Assembly (NCBI RefSeq): GCF_009914755.1
Contig: NC_060932.1
Direction: 5' to 3' (one strand)
DNA length: 64,000 nt
From: the human T2T-CHM13v2.0 reference genome, Homo sapiens
Shown: one piece after another, positions 15,670 through 28,778 of the stretch
How positions within the stretch are numbered: position 1 is the stretch's first letter
How the letters are laid out: each line of letters begins with the position of its first letter
Translations under genes and position numbers: made by a program
The notes under the pieces: model-generated
Seen by the model: the letters and a program-made list of their open reading frames with translations, nothing else
What the model was told of the DNA's origin: nothing
Databases searched by the model: none

Positions 15670-16108
15670 TGGAAGATTTTGTTCCTGGGGAAGCAGACTC
15701 TGAGATGGATATTAGCATGCAGGAAGCTTACTGAGAGTACTGTTGGGATTAAACCGGGAGAAGGGAAGCATATCTGGGATGAGAGGGAAGTTGGGCAATG
15801 ATACAGTCACTCTGAAGGCCTCAGCCAAACCCAGAGAGAACTGTGAAGATGGAATTGCTATTGTTAATCCTCCTGAGATGGGGTCTGGAGTGGTGTTTTA
15901 CATCCCTACATCAAGCCACCATGAGATGCAGGCTGCCCGTGGAGGTGCATGTGATCTTTATAAGGTAGCTCTTTTTAAGCCAGGGCAACTTTCAGAGAGA
16001 GAGCTAACATATGAGGGCTATCATTCAGCTGCACTCCCAGCAACTGGGGGAATGGATCCTTTAATCTTGCAGGCTGAACCTGCGAAATGAAGCACAGGGT
16101 CCACTATA
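15670..16108 (-). mobile_element. ERV-L 3' LTR (LTR16 family)
   Basis: ttcctggggaagcagactctgagatgga...gcatgcaggaag is LTR16-like; directly abuts a minus-strand polypurine-tract-like junction (aggggtagac|tatagtgg). Confidence 0.75.
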
Positions 16109-17600
16109 GTCTACCCCTTGCACCATCCAGATCGACTTCTTTGAGTAACTTCTGGAGCAGCTCCTCCAGTATTCTGGTGGGCATCTTGATGGGGAAAAAT
16201 AAATAAAACCAAGTTAGTAGGGCAACCTGGAGCTCTTTTTTTCTACTTAAATTTCCTTGTCCCACTGAAGCTGGCTTCATGATGTTCATTATCTCCTTCC
16301 TTTTTCATCAATTTCAGGTTAATCTCCCCCTTAGTTAGCACCTTTACAGGTCTAGGTGGCTTGTGGTGTGACACAGATGCTCATCCCTGAGGTGTATGAG
16401 CCTCTGGTCACAACGCCATTCTCAGACTGTAATTACTGCATTCATTCATTCATTTGCCATAAAAACTGGCCAAGAGTGTAACAAGAGACGCTGAAATGGA
16501 TTACCTCTGTGTCAAATGTATCCTTTCTGTTCCCTTTTTGTGTGAGCAGCCTCCAGATCATGGTCAATTATCCTTGCTAATAGGGTGACTTCTCTTCTTG
16601 GGCTCTATTCTCTTAGGGTGAGGAGGAGGACCCAGGCAGAAACAATAATTTTAAATAGGATTTTTGTTGTTTTGCCTAGTAGAAGCATTCCTCCTTTGGG
16701 AACCAGGGCCTTTAAACTGAAAGAGCCATTTGTGAAAATGAGAAGCACAGATTTCCTACCTAAGTCATTGGAATGATGATAAAGGTGACTATTCTTGCTT
16801 TCACACCTTGGTTTCTGGTTGTATATTTTGTATATGTTGGGTCTGACAGAACCCAGCTTTTCATGGGCAGTTCTAGTAATTGCTCAGGCATTAATGTTAA
16901 TGTCAGGGGACCTTAACATCCTGGGGGATATTTTTCAAAAAAGGTTTATAATCTTTGACTACAGATGGCACAGCATTGCCCAAGAAAAATAGGCGTTTGC
17001 ATTGTGATTTTCCTATTAGGGTGCTTTTTACTGCTACAGATGTATTCAATCCTGTAGCTTCTGCCAGATTGACGGTGCAAGCGCAGAGATACTTGTATTG
17101 TGGCCTAGACATGATGCTGAGCACTTCTCCTGCTCAGTACTTTTTTATTTATCCCATCATCTGTCATGGCCATTCTGACATTTCTACCTAATGCACTGTG
17201 AGCTGTGCATTGTCTCCAAACTTTTAAGAGCCATCCTAACAATGTGAAACTCCCATCTCAAAAGACTTTTGCCAAGAATTAAATCTGATTGATCTCATAT
17301 CAATAAAAACTTCCATATTAAGTTTTATGTTCTACTCCTCTTGATCCTGTACCCCCAAAGTCCAGGCCCACCTGTACTCCCCAAGGTCCAACTATATGGT
17401 ACACATAGATCCTGAAGATTCTTTGGATGTGTGCCTTTTGGTGCTTTACCAGACCCAGCAATTTCCTAGACAAATTATGTTGTGACAGTCTTAGTTTCTG
17501 CTGTAGTGGCAAGATGGGAAAGTGGAGGCAGATTCTGGAGGTGGCTCACAGTCTTTTGTAAGAAATAGGTTTCTGCATCATCTTCATGCAGGAAGTATGG
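16109..17600 (-). mobile_element. Degenerate ERV-L internal region (ERV3-16A3/LTR16-int like) with gag, pol and dUTPase remnants
   Basis: Minus-strand translation gives EVTLLARIIDHD and LVPKGGML (dUTPase), LPMKSWVLSDP (pol) and NIKLNMEVFIDM (gag), matching remembered HERV-L motifs; all frames are broken. Confidence 0.8.
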
Positions 17601-17644
17601 AGGGATAGTTTCTAAGAGTGTAGTAACAGTACACAACACTTAAA

Positions 17645-17790
17645 TAAGAACTAGTACCAAATCCTACTAAACTTCTTTTTCAGAAAACAAAGGAGTAAAG
17701 AACACCTCTTAATTCATTGTACAAAACCAGAAAAAGATATCACAAGAAAAGGAAACTACAGTCCAGTTTCTCGTGAACATAGACACACAC
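17645..17790 (+). mobile_element. L1 ORF2 (RT region) fragment
   Basis: aaaccagaaaaagatatcacaagaaaaggaaactacagtccagtttctc matches the L1 KPGKDTTKKENYRPISL region. Confidence 0.7.
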
Positions 17791-20700
17791 ACAAGTTCAT
17801 TAATCTGTAAGTATAATGGACCATTCCTGAGGGAAAGTGTGCCTTCTATAAGGAAACTGAGCCTAAAGCCTGCATATGTGTTTATAATGTGGTGAGTTAA
17901 ATTAACGTTAATACTTATACAAATCTAAAAGAAAATGTGCCATGACTGCCTTATGTTTTACCATTATTTAAAAAAAATTAATTTCCTCAATAATTATATA
18001 TAGAGACTTCTGTTGGTGGAACAGCAAAATAATTGTCCCTCTTTGTTAAAGGGAATGTGCAGTATGGTCTATTAAATACAAAAAAAAATTGCTAATATTG
18101 CCAATGACCTACCTTGGGAAGAGATGGACTTCATGTTGGAAGGCTTCAGTTCAAATTTCAGCCTTTTTGAATGGAATGTTGGGAAAAGTAAGCAAGTTAT
18201 CTATTTATGAATAGTTTACAAAGTTACCTATTTATGAACTCCAGGTAAATTTCCCACAGATGTATCTGTCTTACCAATTGTCACATAATATTTGTATTAA
18301 TAGCTTATTTTTAGAAACACATTCACAAAAAGATCTGTGATATTTTGGAAGAGCACAAATCAATAAAAGTTGAGTTTTATGACATCATGGAATGATCTTT
18401 GCATCATTTAAATTTCAAAATAGTTTCGGTTCAGTGGCACCCACCACCGGCATATCTGAGCAGATATCAGAGTGATAGCTTTTAAGATTGTTGTTATCAT
18501 TGCATTTTCTGACTTACAGGCTTTCTCTGGGTATACAGTAGCTGTGACTTTTAGAAACAGACAAGAAGTGAACCCAAACTAGAATTTCTAATTGGTTGGG
18601 CATTCCAGTGAATTCTAAAGAATATGCTTCTGTTGGTTCATTCAGGGCTAGCATAGCCAGTTGTCTAGGCTCTATTTTTCCTTCATGATACTGAGTTCTT
18701 TATGTAATATATTCATTGCTCATAACTAAAGCTTCATTTAGATGCAGGGAAGAACAAACTTCGGAATTTGACAATCAAATTGTTTGTTAGTTGATATATT
18801 TCTCACTTAAATCCCAACTAGAACTTTTAATCTGGCTAACAGATTTATGTCATTTATCACACGTAACACTCATTATTCCTTTGTATGTTCCTGGAATCAC
18901 ATTTTCCTGTGGGCCTGTCTATCTTTCCTTCTTGCTTCTAGCATCAAATTTGCAAATAAGATTAACTGGGCTCGAGAACCCATTCTGACACTTAGTTTCA
19001 GTGTGACTTTGGCATTTCTCTTGCCTTCTCTGAGTCTTACGCTCCTCTGGAATTTACACATTCCTGAGCCAACCTCAGTCTAAGAGATAATGAATTTCTT
19101 TAGACAGCATTGAAGTTTGGTATCCTAGGCAGATATTTCTCTTCAGTTCTCCTAAAGAATGCTACAGCTCCCATAGAGGAGTGCTCAGATAGGAAACATA
19201 TACTTTATGACAAAATTCTTAACCATTTTGTTCTAATGCAGTTTAATTTTCTTTGTGTATCTTTCTAAAAATCAATACATAATTATTAGTGATTTTTTCT
19301 ACTTTGTATACTTACACATTCTGGTAACTATCATTCGTATTGTTTTTTGAATCAACTGATACACATAATTATTTAATTTCCAAATTATCTTTTTTTCTGT
19401 ATGTCTGCTTTTATTTTCTTCTGCCAATCTATTCCATTATATTGCTGAATATTCTATCATTTTCTTTACTTTTTTTGACGCTTATACTCCCTTGCCATTT
19501 TCTTAATAAGTTTGTTCCAGCTCACCATTTACCTTTCTCAAGAAGTCACCATTAATTAACTCTTGCTTTTTGGTTTGAAAAAAATCTTTTTGGAATATAT
19601 TTGGTATGCAAAAAAGATGTCAGTATCTTCAGGGTTTGTAAATATGTGAATTACATATCTGATTACAAATAACTAAATTTAATAAAATCTCATATGACAG
19701 TCAAAGAAACTTTGTTAGAAATTTGTATTGCTTACAAAAAACTTCCAAAACTATAGCAACCCATATTTCTCAAATTCACAAAATTGATTGTGCAATGATA
19801 GCTGTGTGTACACATACATGTATACGTACACACATAGAGTGAATCAGGATGTCTTAGAAATAAGGGATATAACTTAGGTTGCTGTGTGATCTGTTCTATC
19901 CTTTTTTTATTACATTAACTGAGCAATCAATTTGTACACATGATTGTAAGAAAATGATCTTGGTTAATTTTTTTTGGGGTGGGTTGCAAATAACAAAAAT
20001 TCTCACAAAGTAGTGTAGTAAAATAAACATGTACATGTTAGTGTTTGTGTATCTGCCTCCACATGTATAAAGAACAGATGCAGATTCTAAGGCAGTGGCT
20101 GTGTCTTTCTGTTGTTTTTTCTCCCCCGTCTCCATATGCTTTCTGGTATAACTTCTCTTTTTATATTTACCTCCTTTGGCTCCCTTTTTATAAAACTAGC
20201 TTTCTTCCATATCTTCTGCTGAACTTGGATGCCCTATAGCTCCTGAATTCATGTGTCTTCCACCAAAGTCACACTCTTTATAGAGACTGGCTAAAACTGG
20301 GATGTCTAGATTCTATACAGCTAGAGAAGAATGCAATTAATTAAATTCATCCTGAGGAAGCTGTGAGATGAAGTGCTTTCAGCCCAGCTTTTCCAAATTT
20401 ACATGCTACCATTAATGGCTCTCTTTGTGGGTGATTCTCTGACTACCAGGTAAATTAGTAGAAGGTGATCAGCATACTCTTGAACAATGTTGTAGATTGG
20501 CTGATGTTGTAAGAGTAAATTTTTAATATTTAGTATGAACAGGATGGTAAAACTTACAGTCTATCCAGTGGCAATTAAAAAAAAATACAGTAATGCTAAG
20601 TTAGCCTCGTAAGAAATAAGCACTGCATTTACTCTTCGGGAAAGCTCTGTGCAACAGAAACAGTTGCTCTCACCAAATGGTTTCAGCTGCACATGCTCAG

Positions 20701-21599
20701 AAGCGTTTTCTCTCTTCTAACTAGAAGAAGATTGAAATAGTTCCCCACAAGACTCACATGCTACTAAGATAGACTTTAACACTTTCTCCTCCATTAGTCT
20801 GTGTCAGCTACTAAAAGATGAGGGAATTTCTGGGGCTTCCCTCTGGCTGGCAAGACCCCTCCCATCCCCTTAATATTCAAAGTGTGAAATCTGAGTACTG
20901 TATAGACTTTTGGCCATCACTGAAACACTTTGATTAAATTATGTGTCTATACTTGGTTTAAGTAGCAGTGGACAGATGGACAATATCACTTGCTGCAGAT
21001 GAAAACCCTCTGGATAGCTATGCTTCTGAGAACATGAAAAGCCACTTCTCAGAAAGGTGGGGCATAGGTTAGCAAGACAGCCAAAAAAGGTCTACTACAC
21101 ACACAAATAAATCTAATATTAAATCACAGCTATTTCGAGTATTGAAAATAAACCTTTAGCAGAAACGTTAAGATGTTAAGAAAGTCAAAAGTGTATAAAA
21201 TGTTGGATTCAAATGGCAATTGACCTCTCTTCAACTTGACCTTTCTGCCAGGAAGCTCCAAAGAGCTGGCCCAGAAAGATGTAACTTTCCAGAATATTGA
21301 AGTCCTTCAACACACCAAATTTAATAATTTAATCACACTAAGCTCATATCCCAAATATAAGTATTTATTTCAGATTGAAGGGCTTTACCTTTTAGTAACA
21401 TGTATTTGTTTAATATACATGTATAAGTATCTGCTAAATTCTAGGCTCTGTCCGGAGTAAAAGATGATGCAGCAATGAAAAAAAAAAAAGAGGGTTAAAT
21501 ATTATTTTTCTTCATCCAAAAGGAAAAAAATTAAGATGCTGGTTACCACCATGTATTGCCAGGGATCTGGGAAGACAAGTATTCTCTTACACTTTGGTA

Positions 21600-21995
21600 T
21601 GTATTAGTTCATTCTCACATTGCTGTAAGAACCACCTGAGACTGGGTAATTCATGAATAAAAGAAGTTTAATTGACTCACAGTTCCACAGGCTGTACAGG
21701 AAGCATGACTGGGGAGGTCTCAGGAAACTTAAAATCATGGCAGAAGGTGAAGGGGAAGCAGGCGCATCTTCACATGGCGGAGCAGGAGAGAGAGAGTGAA
21801 TGGGGAGGTGCTACACACCTTTAAACAACTGGATCTTGTGAAAACTATCATGAGACAGCACTACGGTTTCTAATGGTGCTAAACCATTAGAAACTACCTG
21901 CATGATCCAATCACTTCCCACCAGGCCCCACCTCCAATACTGAGGATTATAATTCAACGTGAGATTGGGTGGAGACACAGATCCAAACTATATCA
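21600..21995 (-). mobile_element. MaLR solo LTR (MSTA/THE1D-like)
   Basis: tgtattagtt...caaactatatca termini; TSD tggta/tggtg. Confidence 0.9.
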
Positions 21996-22581
21996 TGGTG
22001 GCAGTGTAAATTTTAGCAATCAAACTGATAAGTGATCTGGCAAAATTTAGTATAAATAACACGCATAAACCCTGAAGCCCAGTGCTACCACTCTTAAAGA
22101 CATAAGTCATTTAAGGGAAACAGACACATACATTCACCATGACTTTGCTTACGTAGCGGGGACTTAGAGGCAAACTACTAGTAGGCAAATGTGGGGGGTT
22201 TTTAAGCAGAATATCATGTGGAGGTTGGAGATACCAGATGTTCATACAGTAATAAAACTAAAAAATACAGTGCTGAGTCAAAAACCAGCGAGAAATATAT
22301 AACAAAATACTTTCTGTGCATATTAAAAGCTATATACATATACCAACATTATATATGTATACGTACATATAGATAAACACGCACACATGTGCATACACAC
22401 ACACTTATAACATTTGAGTAGTTGTCTCTTAAGAGGAAATGGGACTAATGAGAAGGAACAAAGTAGGGAAACTAAAGCAAATCAACACATAAACAAAGGA
22501 GAGTCCTTGTGCAGACCCAAAATACCAGAAACATAGTTGACCTGTTGGATTTAAGCCCTGAACTCTACCTTTCCCCATCCT

Positions 22582-22582
<1 letters not shown>

Positions 22583-22628
<46 letters not shown>
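22583..22628. repeat. (CA)23 microsatellite
   Basis: Uninterrupted CA run. Confidence 0.98.
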
Positions 22629-22630
<2 letters not shown>

Positions 22631-24020
22631 GAAAGAAATTTCTTAGGTGAGAAAAATGGCATCATGGTGACCTTCCTGGGATTCTCACTTTAGCACAGTA
22701 AATTCGTCGACTCTGGGGATTGGAAGAACAATGTTACACTGCCAGGATACTGGTTGCCCATTCTGCCATGACTCCCCTTGAAACAGATTTGTAGAAAATC
22801 CAAAACTAGAACAATTAGGTATATCAGCCTATTCTGCATTTTAATCTTTTTTTGGGGAGGGGAAGGGAGTATTTTCTTTTTTAAAGTTCTCATCAGCATT
22901 TCTCTTGGCCTCCTTTCCTTTTTCCTTTTTGTCCCCTTCCTTCACTCCTTGGGGTGGTGTTCTTGCACAAGAACAGATAAGGGTCTGAGATAAAAGCATT
23001 ACTCATGGCCCCTGAAGCACTTAGATAAACATACTTAGAAGCAACTTGGTTTATTTGGCTTTTGAAAATATATTGCAGTTTTTATTGAGAAATAAATCTA
23101 AGCCAGAACTGTTTTATAGACCATTAATATACATAAGCTAGACAGATAAGATGTGCCTCGGAAGGAGAGTGACAACGTTGTCTCAGGCACTCTCTTCTTA
23201 TGTTTTGTACTCTCCATGTCCCCCATCACAAGGTACTCCAATGATTGACTGAGAGTGTCTTTAATGCTTGAAGGTTTGGTAAAATTGACCCAAACTTCAA
23301 TTCCAGGTTCTGAGGCAGCCGAAAGCCCTCCTTATGGATTCCAGATTTCTTCATGCTTCTTTCAGCTTCATTGTTCTAATGTTCTGGCTTCCCATATTGG
23401 TTGAGTCTCAAGTCAGTATAAATGCAGATCTGGCCCTCTCTCTGTCTTTCATCAGAATCCTGCTTAACATTTCACTAGTTCAGTAATTTTACTGAGAAGC
23501 TGAAGAGAAATAGGGCAGCATCACACTAACAGCCCTTGAATATTTTGTCCCTCATTTTTTTCCTCTTCCAAAATCCAAACTCCCGAAATATAACTTTCAC
23601 ATTCTATATTCAATCACCTAGAAACCTTATCCTTTTGTTCAAACTGCTTCTTACATATCACTGACAATATGAGCATCAAAATTGTTTTTATCTTACAATA
23701 ACTGTAATTGTTTATTGACATGTTGATTCTGTACATTATACTGGGCAGAGGTCTTCACATATTTATCTTTGTAACTCCAATCCCAGAATAACAGGTACCC
23801 ATAAATCATTTGTTGGTTAATAAATTAATTAATGAACAAAAGATGCCAAAATAAAAGGGAAACTAAGAGCAATGATATATCTCCAATATGAGGTATTATA
23901 GCCATAGACATTTGAAAAGCTACTGAATTCAATGGAAACCAATGTTATAAGTAAAACGAAAGGAGACGTGTTTCAGTAATCTGTAAAAAGCAGTTTAATA
24001 CAATAAAGTATGATGGGCAG

Positions 24021-24385
24021 TGAGGCAGCTGTCTCTGAAGATGTTCACCCAATGAACCATCCATGCTATATTTATATCCTTGTATAGTCTCCCTCGCTTG
24101 AATCTTGACTGGTCTTCTGATTTTAACAATGGAGTGTGGTGGAATAGATAAGGCATGATTTCTGAAACTAGGTCTTAGGTTGCCTTGCAACTTATACCTG
24201 GATCTCTTGGAACACTTGCTGTCAGGGAAGTCTAACTCCTCTAAGACTGTAATGCTCTGCAGAAACCCAAGGTAGCCATAGACATAGGCTATGCAGAGAT
24301 AGAGATAGAGATAGAGATAGACATAGAGAGAGAGAGAGAGCATGGTCAGGCCCCAGCCAGCTGTTCCATTTGAGATGCCAAGCTA
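24021..24385 (+). mobile_element. MLT1 (F/G/H-like) LTR fragment with an internal (AGAGAT)n/(GA)n run
   Basis: tgaggcag...aagatg...gatttctgaaactaggtc...ctcttggaacacttgct resembles MLT1 text. Confidence 0.65.
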
Positions 24386-27300
24386 CAGAGAGCATTGAGT
24401 CTGGACTTGATGGACGAGATGACTCTTGGGCCAGTCACTGATGCTGGCAAGTTCTCTTGGATGACTGGGATTCTAAGTGAATTAAAATGTCACTCATCTT
24501 AAAACAAAATCATACTTGGGCAATGAAACTCCTATTAGATAAATGTCCTGATTCTTAATTTGCCTTGCACATGGTAGAACTTGTTCCTTTGCTATACATA
24601 TTCTTGTAATCAGTTTTTCTCATTTTTAATCTCTGTTATTTCTTAGACTTTCACCTCTAAGATTGTATGGGTTTTTTTTCTATCGTATGTAAACTTATAA
24701 TATCATGCCATCTTCCTCTCCTAAATTAAAATGTAGGGTTCTATTTCAGTTGAATTTATTTTCAAATTAAGATTTATTCTCACCAAATTCACCTAATTAA
24801 CTAGGCATTTTAAAACAAATAAGTCTTTTTTCACTAAAATCACCTTTACCACACTTCTAAAGCCTGAGAAAAAAATCACATACTTTGTTAGGAAAAACTT
24901 CTTTTAACATTAAATACTTGTAAAAATCAACTAATAAACATGAAAAATAAAATAGTTGAAATAATGATTATTATGGGAAGTTACTGATTAACTTAAAATT
25001 TTAATTTAGTGTTTTTCCAAATCTACTTTTTGTTTCAGCTCATCACTATTTTTTTCTGCCTAAGAGAATACTCAACAATTTTAGCCATTAGCTGGTTTAG
25101 AATCTTGAGGTGATCATGGTTCAGCTTCTGATTAGTAACTTCAATGTGTAAGACCCTGGCTTCAGGTAAAAGTTGCATCTGGATTTGCTGGGCAAATTTT
25201 ATTATAATTAAATAATTTTCTGACAGCCTGTTTTATAGTACACATACTTTTTTTTCCTTCTAAAATTTAAGTACATGAGAAAAAAATGTTTGCTGATACA
25301 GAAGTTTGGTTTTTTGAGCAAAAGTTACTGCAATATGATAAGACTTTTTGGCTAGGTTTACTGCAATCACATCCAAGTATCAGAGCAAACAATACGCAGC
25401 CCTTTTGTATAGTTCCTGCTTATGATGCAGTGGGAATTTAACCCGCATTGTCTGTTTCCATTTCGTAATAGTTTCCAAAGCAACGGGTTCATGAATTCAT
25501 ACTGTTGACTAATTTTGCTGGATATATGTGGCCTCAGTATTCTAATTCTGGCTGGAGCCCCTAATATTTGATATAATCTGACTGATTTTTGTGAGGCACC
25601 TTCTCATAAGTGCAATATTAAAAATAATGTTCTATCCACTTATATCCACCCTATATTATACTTCCTTTATATAGCACTCAGTTTGAAAAGAAATATTCTA
25701 TTGATTTTTGATGTGCTTTTAAAAACATAACATTAATTTCTGTTACTTCATTTTAATTTTTCTCACAGGCCTTCAGGCTGAGATTTAGTCTAAGCTCCCA
25801 AGGCCCGTCAAAAGCATAATGGGAAATTTTCTTCTAAGTACCATGCCTTATCCAGTATCACGCTCTTCGAAGCCAATTTTTACCAAAGTTGAGATTCCCT
25901 AACCTATCTTCAGTGAGAAAATTACATTTCACAGGCCTTTTAAAATTAAATGTTCAAGATAATGTTCTTTTTTTTGACCACGTTGGTGTGTGTGTGTGTG
26001 TGTTTGCATGCACATAATTTACCACTTTCATTCTAATAACAACAAAACATATGCCCTTCACTACTATCTTTTCTACTCTTCCTTTTGCTTTTTAGCTTGT
26101 GTTACTTTTAGCTCCATTCACAGGCTTCTTACCCTCTCCTTATCTAGTATCACAGCACCTCTCTTATTATTGAGGCAGCTTTTCCAATCAGAAGGTGAGC
26201 TAATACAGCTTCCTGAATACTGAAAATAGCCCAGTGTGACAATAGGACCACATATACTCCGGATGCTTTACCGATCCCTCCACCTGGCACATTTCTTCTT
26301 ATCAGTCTTTAGGAAAGGAGAGCACTTTCTTTGCAATCACAGGGTGATAGAGTCCTAGAACAAAATAACCCAAAATAATATGCAGGAATACTCTGATTCT
26401 CATATGCTGAGTTAATTCTTCCTCCCTTGGGTTCCTGGAGCACTTTCTGCTTACATCTATTACAGTGCAGTCATCACATTGAATCTAAATGCATCTTTTC
26501 ATCTACTTATTAAACATATTTACTGTGTGTCTACTATGTGCCAGAATTAAAACAGACACATATCCTCAAAGAGCTTCTAATCTAACAGTAAGGAAGACAG
26601 TAAACAAGATAAAGCATGGACGTGGTCACAGATACCACAAGGCATGTGTTTCTCCTAAAAGATCATTAAGAGTCATGGTCCTTTAAAAAAGACCAAACTT
26701 CAGGCCAATCTGGGGATCAGGAGAAAATTCCCAAGGAACAAACCATGAGAAGTCTATTGAAGCGACTATGGTGAGCTTCTATATTGCAGTTAACAAAGAT
26801 TCTTTCATCTATTCCTTAAAACAATCCAGGCAAGTAGAAGTTTTTTAAATATAGTCAATTAGTAGAAAAGAAATAAAAGGCTCAGAAAGGAAAAGACACA
26901 CACGGCAAACTTGAAAGTAATTTTGAAAAGCAAACATCCAAAACTTGAACAATAGAATTACCAAGTGTCCATTCCAAAAAACTATTAGAAAAATCAGTTC
27001 TGTTGATCTGTGCCATGTTACTTTGGATATAAGCAATCCAGTAGGATGTGTGATTTCCATTTTACATGGTATGTATAGTCATATTCATGTCACCCCCTTC
27101 CCAAGGAAAAGGAAAATCAACTCAAGCATTGTCTCTTCTCCTTATGCAAGGAACCCACCTCAGTCCAACCACTCACAACTACACAAAGGCTGGGAGAAGA
27201 AAAGCAGAGACCACCTAAATGTTAGCATCTTCACCCGGAGCAGTCCTCTTATGTGAAAATAAATAGAGGAAAAGGTTGTGACTGGGCCTGAACTGAGCAT

Positions 27301-28167
27301 TTCCAAGTACCCTCCCTCTCCACCCCCCACCATACACACACCCCATCTTTCCCACATGGGAATAAAGGGGCGGGGTTAATTCAGACAGAAGCCACGTGCT
27401 CATGGTAAATGAAGTGGGAACCTTTCCCTGGGAGGCAATCTAGGTAAATCTGCCAGTTTTTCAGACCTCCTGCCAGGGTATCCTTGAGGTACAAAGTAGG
27501 TTGTGAAGTTTGGACAAAGTGAAGTATATGGGGAGCACAAAATATTTCTTCTCAGGCCTCCCAGATTTCTGCTACAAAACTCACACGGGAAGGAGAGTCC
27601 TGGCTGTTTCTCGCAGTGCCAGTGGTTGGCAGAAACCTCCACTACACAGGCTCTAAATGCTTCTTTGCCAGATAGTGTATGAGAGACCAAATATAAGGAA
27701 GGGCAATATCCTGGGGTAAATTTCAGATTTTATTAAAAGTATAAGTTTTAAAGTTGAGGAATGTAAGTTCCATTCTAACTCACATATCCTGTTGACACAA
27801 TCATTTTAAACATGCTGTCACCACTGATATCATTGGTCATCTATAAGGCACCCCCCCATTCTTCCATGTGCCCTGCCTCAATCTTGGCTATAACTGAGTA
27901 TTGTGACTTCCCCTTCTACATTTTCTCTCTAACCTACAACCTTAATTGGGAACATAACCCTAGAGTAAAACTGACCATGTTTTTTTCTTAATACAATGTT
28001 GTACATGGTCATTAAAAAAAATACAGGCAAAAATGGTAAGAAATGGAAATGAGAGCACATAATAATAAAATCACTCATGTTATTAATTAGAAATACCAGT
28101 TATATATATATTTAGGTTGACAATGGCACTGCTACTGACATCCGGAAGTCCTAGTTACCACTTACTA

Positions 28168-28363
28168 CTTTTTTTTCTCTTTTTCTACTTTTGTTTGTTT
28201 GTTTGTTTGTTTTTTTGAGACAGGGTCTCACTCTGAAACCTAGGTTAGAGTATAGTGGCATACTCACAGCTTACTGCAGCCTCCAACTCCTGGCTTCAAG
28301 TGATCCCACCATCTTGGCCTCCCAAAGTGCTGAGATTATAGGTATGAGTCACCACACCCAGCC
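28168..28363 (-). mobile_element. Alu monomer (FRAM/AluJ-type)
   Basis: Single arm with T/GTTT tail; TSD-like tta(c/t)tacttttt. Confidence 0.85.
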
Positions 28364-28455
28364 AATTATTACTTTTTAATACTATTTTCTTCTCCTTCCC
28401 GGAAAGATAAATAGGATTCTGATGATGGTTAAAGCAGTCTTTTATTGAAAGTTCA

Positions 28456-28778
28456 GGCTGAGCGCAGTGGCTCACGCCTGTAATCCCAGCACTTTGGGAA
28501 GCCGAGGTAAGTGGATCACTTGAGGTCAGGAGTTCAAGACCAGCCTATCCAACATGGTGAAAACCTGTCTCTGCTAAAAATCCAAAAAAAAAAAAAAAAA
28601 AAAAAAAGATAGCTGGGCGTGGTGGCGGGTGCCTGTTAAGTCCAGCTACTCAGTAGGCTGAGGCAGGAGAATCCGGGAGGCGGAGGTTGCAGTCAGCCAA
28701 GATCATGCCACTGTACTCCAGCCTAGGCAACACAGCAAGACTCTGTCTCAAAAAAAGAAAAAAAGAAAAAAAGGAAAG
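28456..28778 (+). mobile_element. Alu (AluSx-like) with an expanded central A-tract
   Basis: Full dimer; TSD gaaagttca; more than 20 A in the linker. Confidence 0.95.

Noticed and set aside
15743-16090. 115-aa ORF
   Set aside because: Lies antisense within an LTR16-type LTR.
19804-19833. Imperfect 30-bp palindrome gtgtgtac...gtacacac
   Set aside because: Alternating purine-pyrimidine low-complexity sequence self-complements by chance.
23945-24343. 132-aa minus-strand ORF
   Set aside because: Made from an MLT1 LTR plus an (AGAGAT)n repeat.
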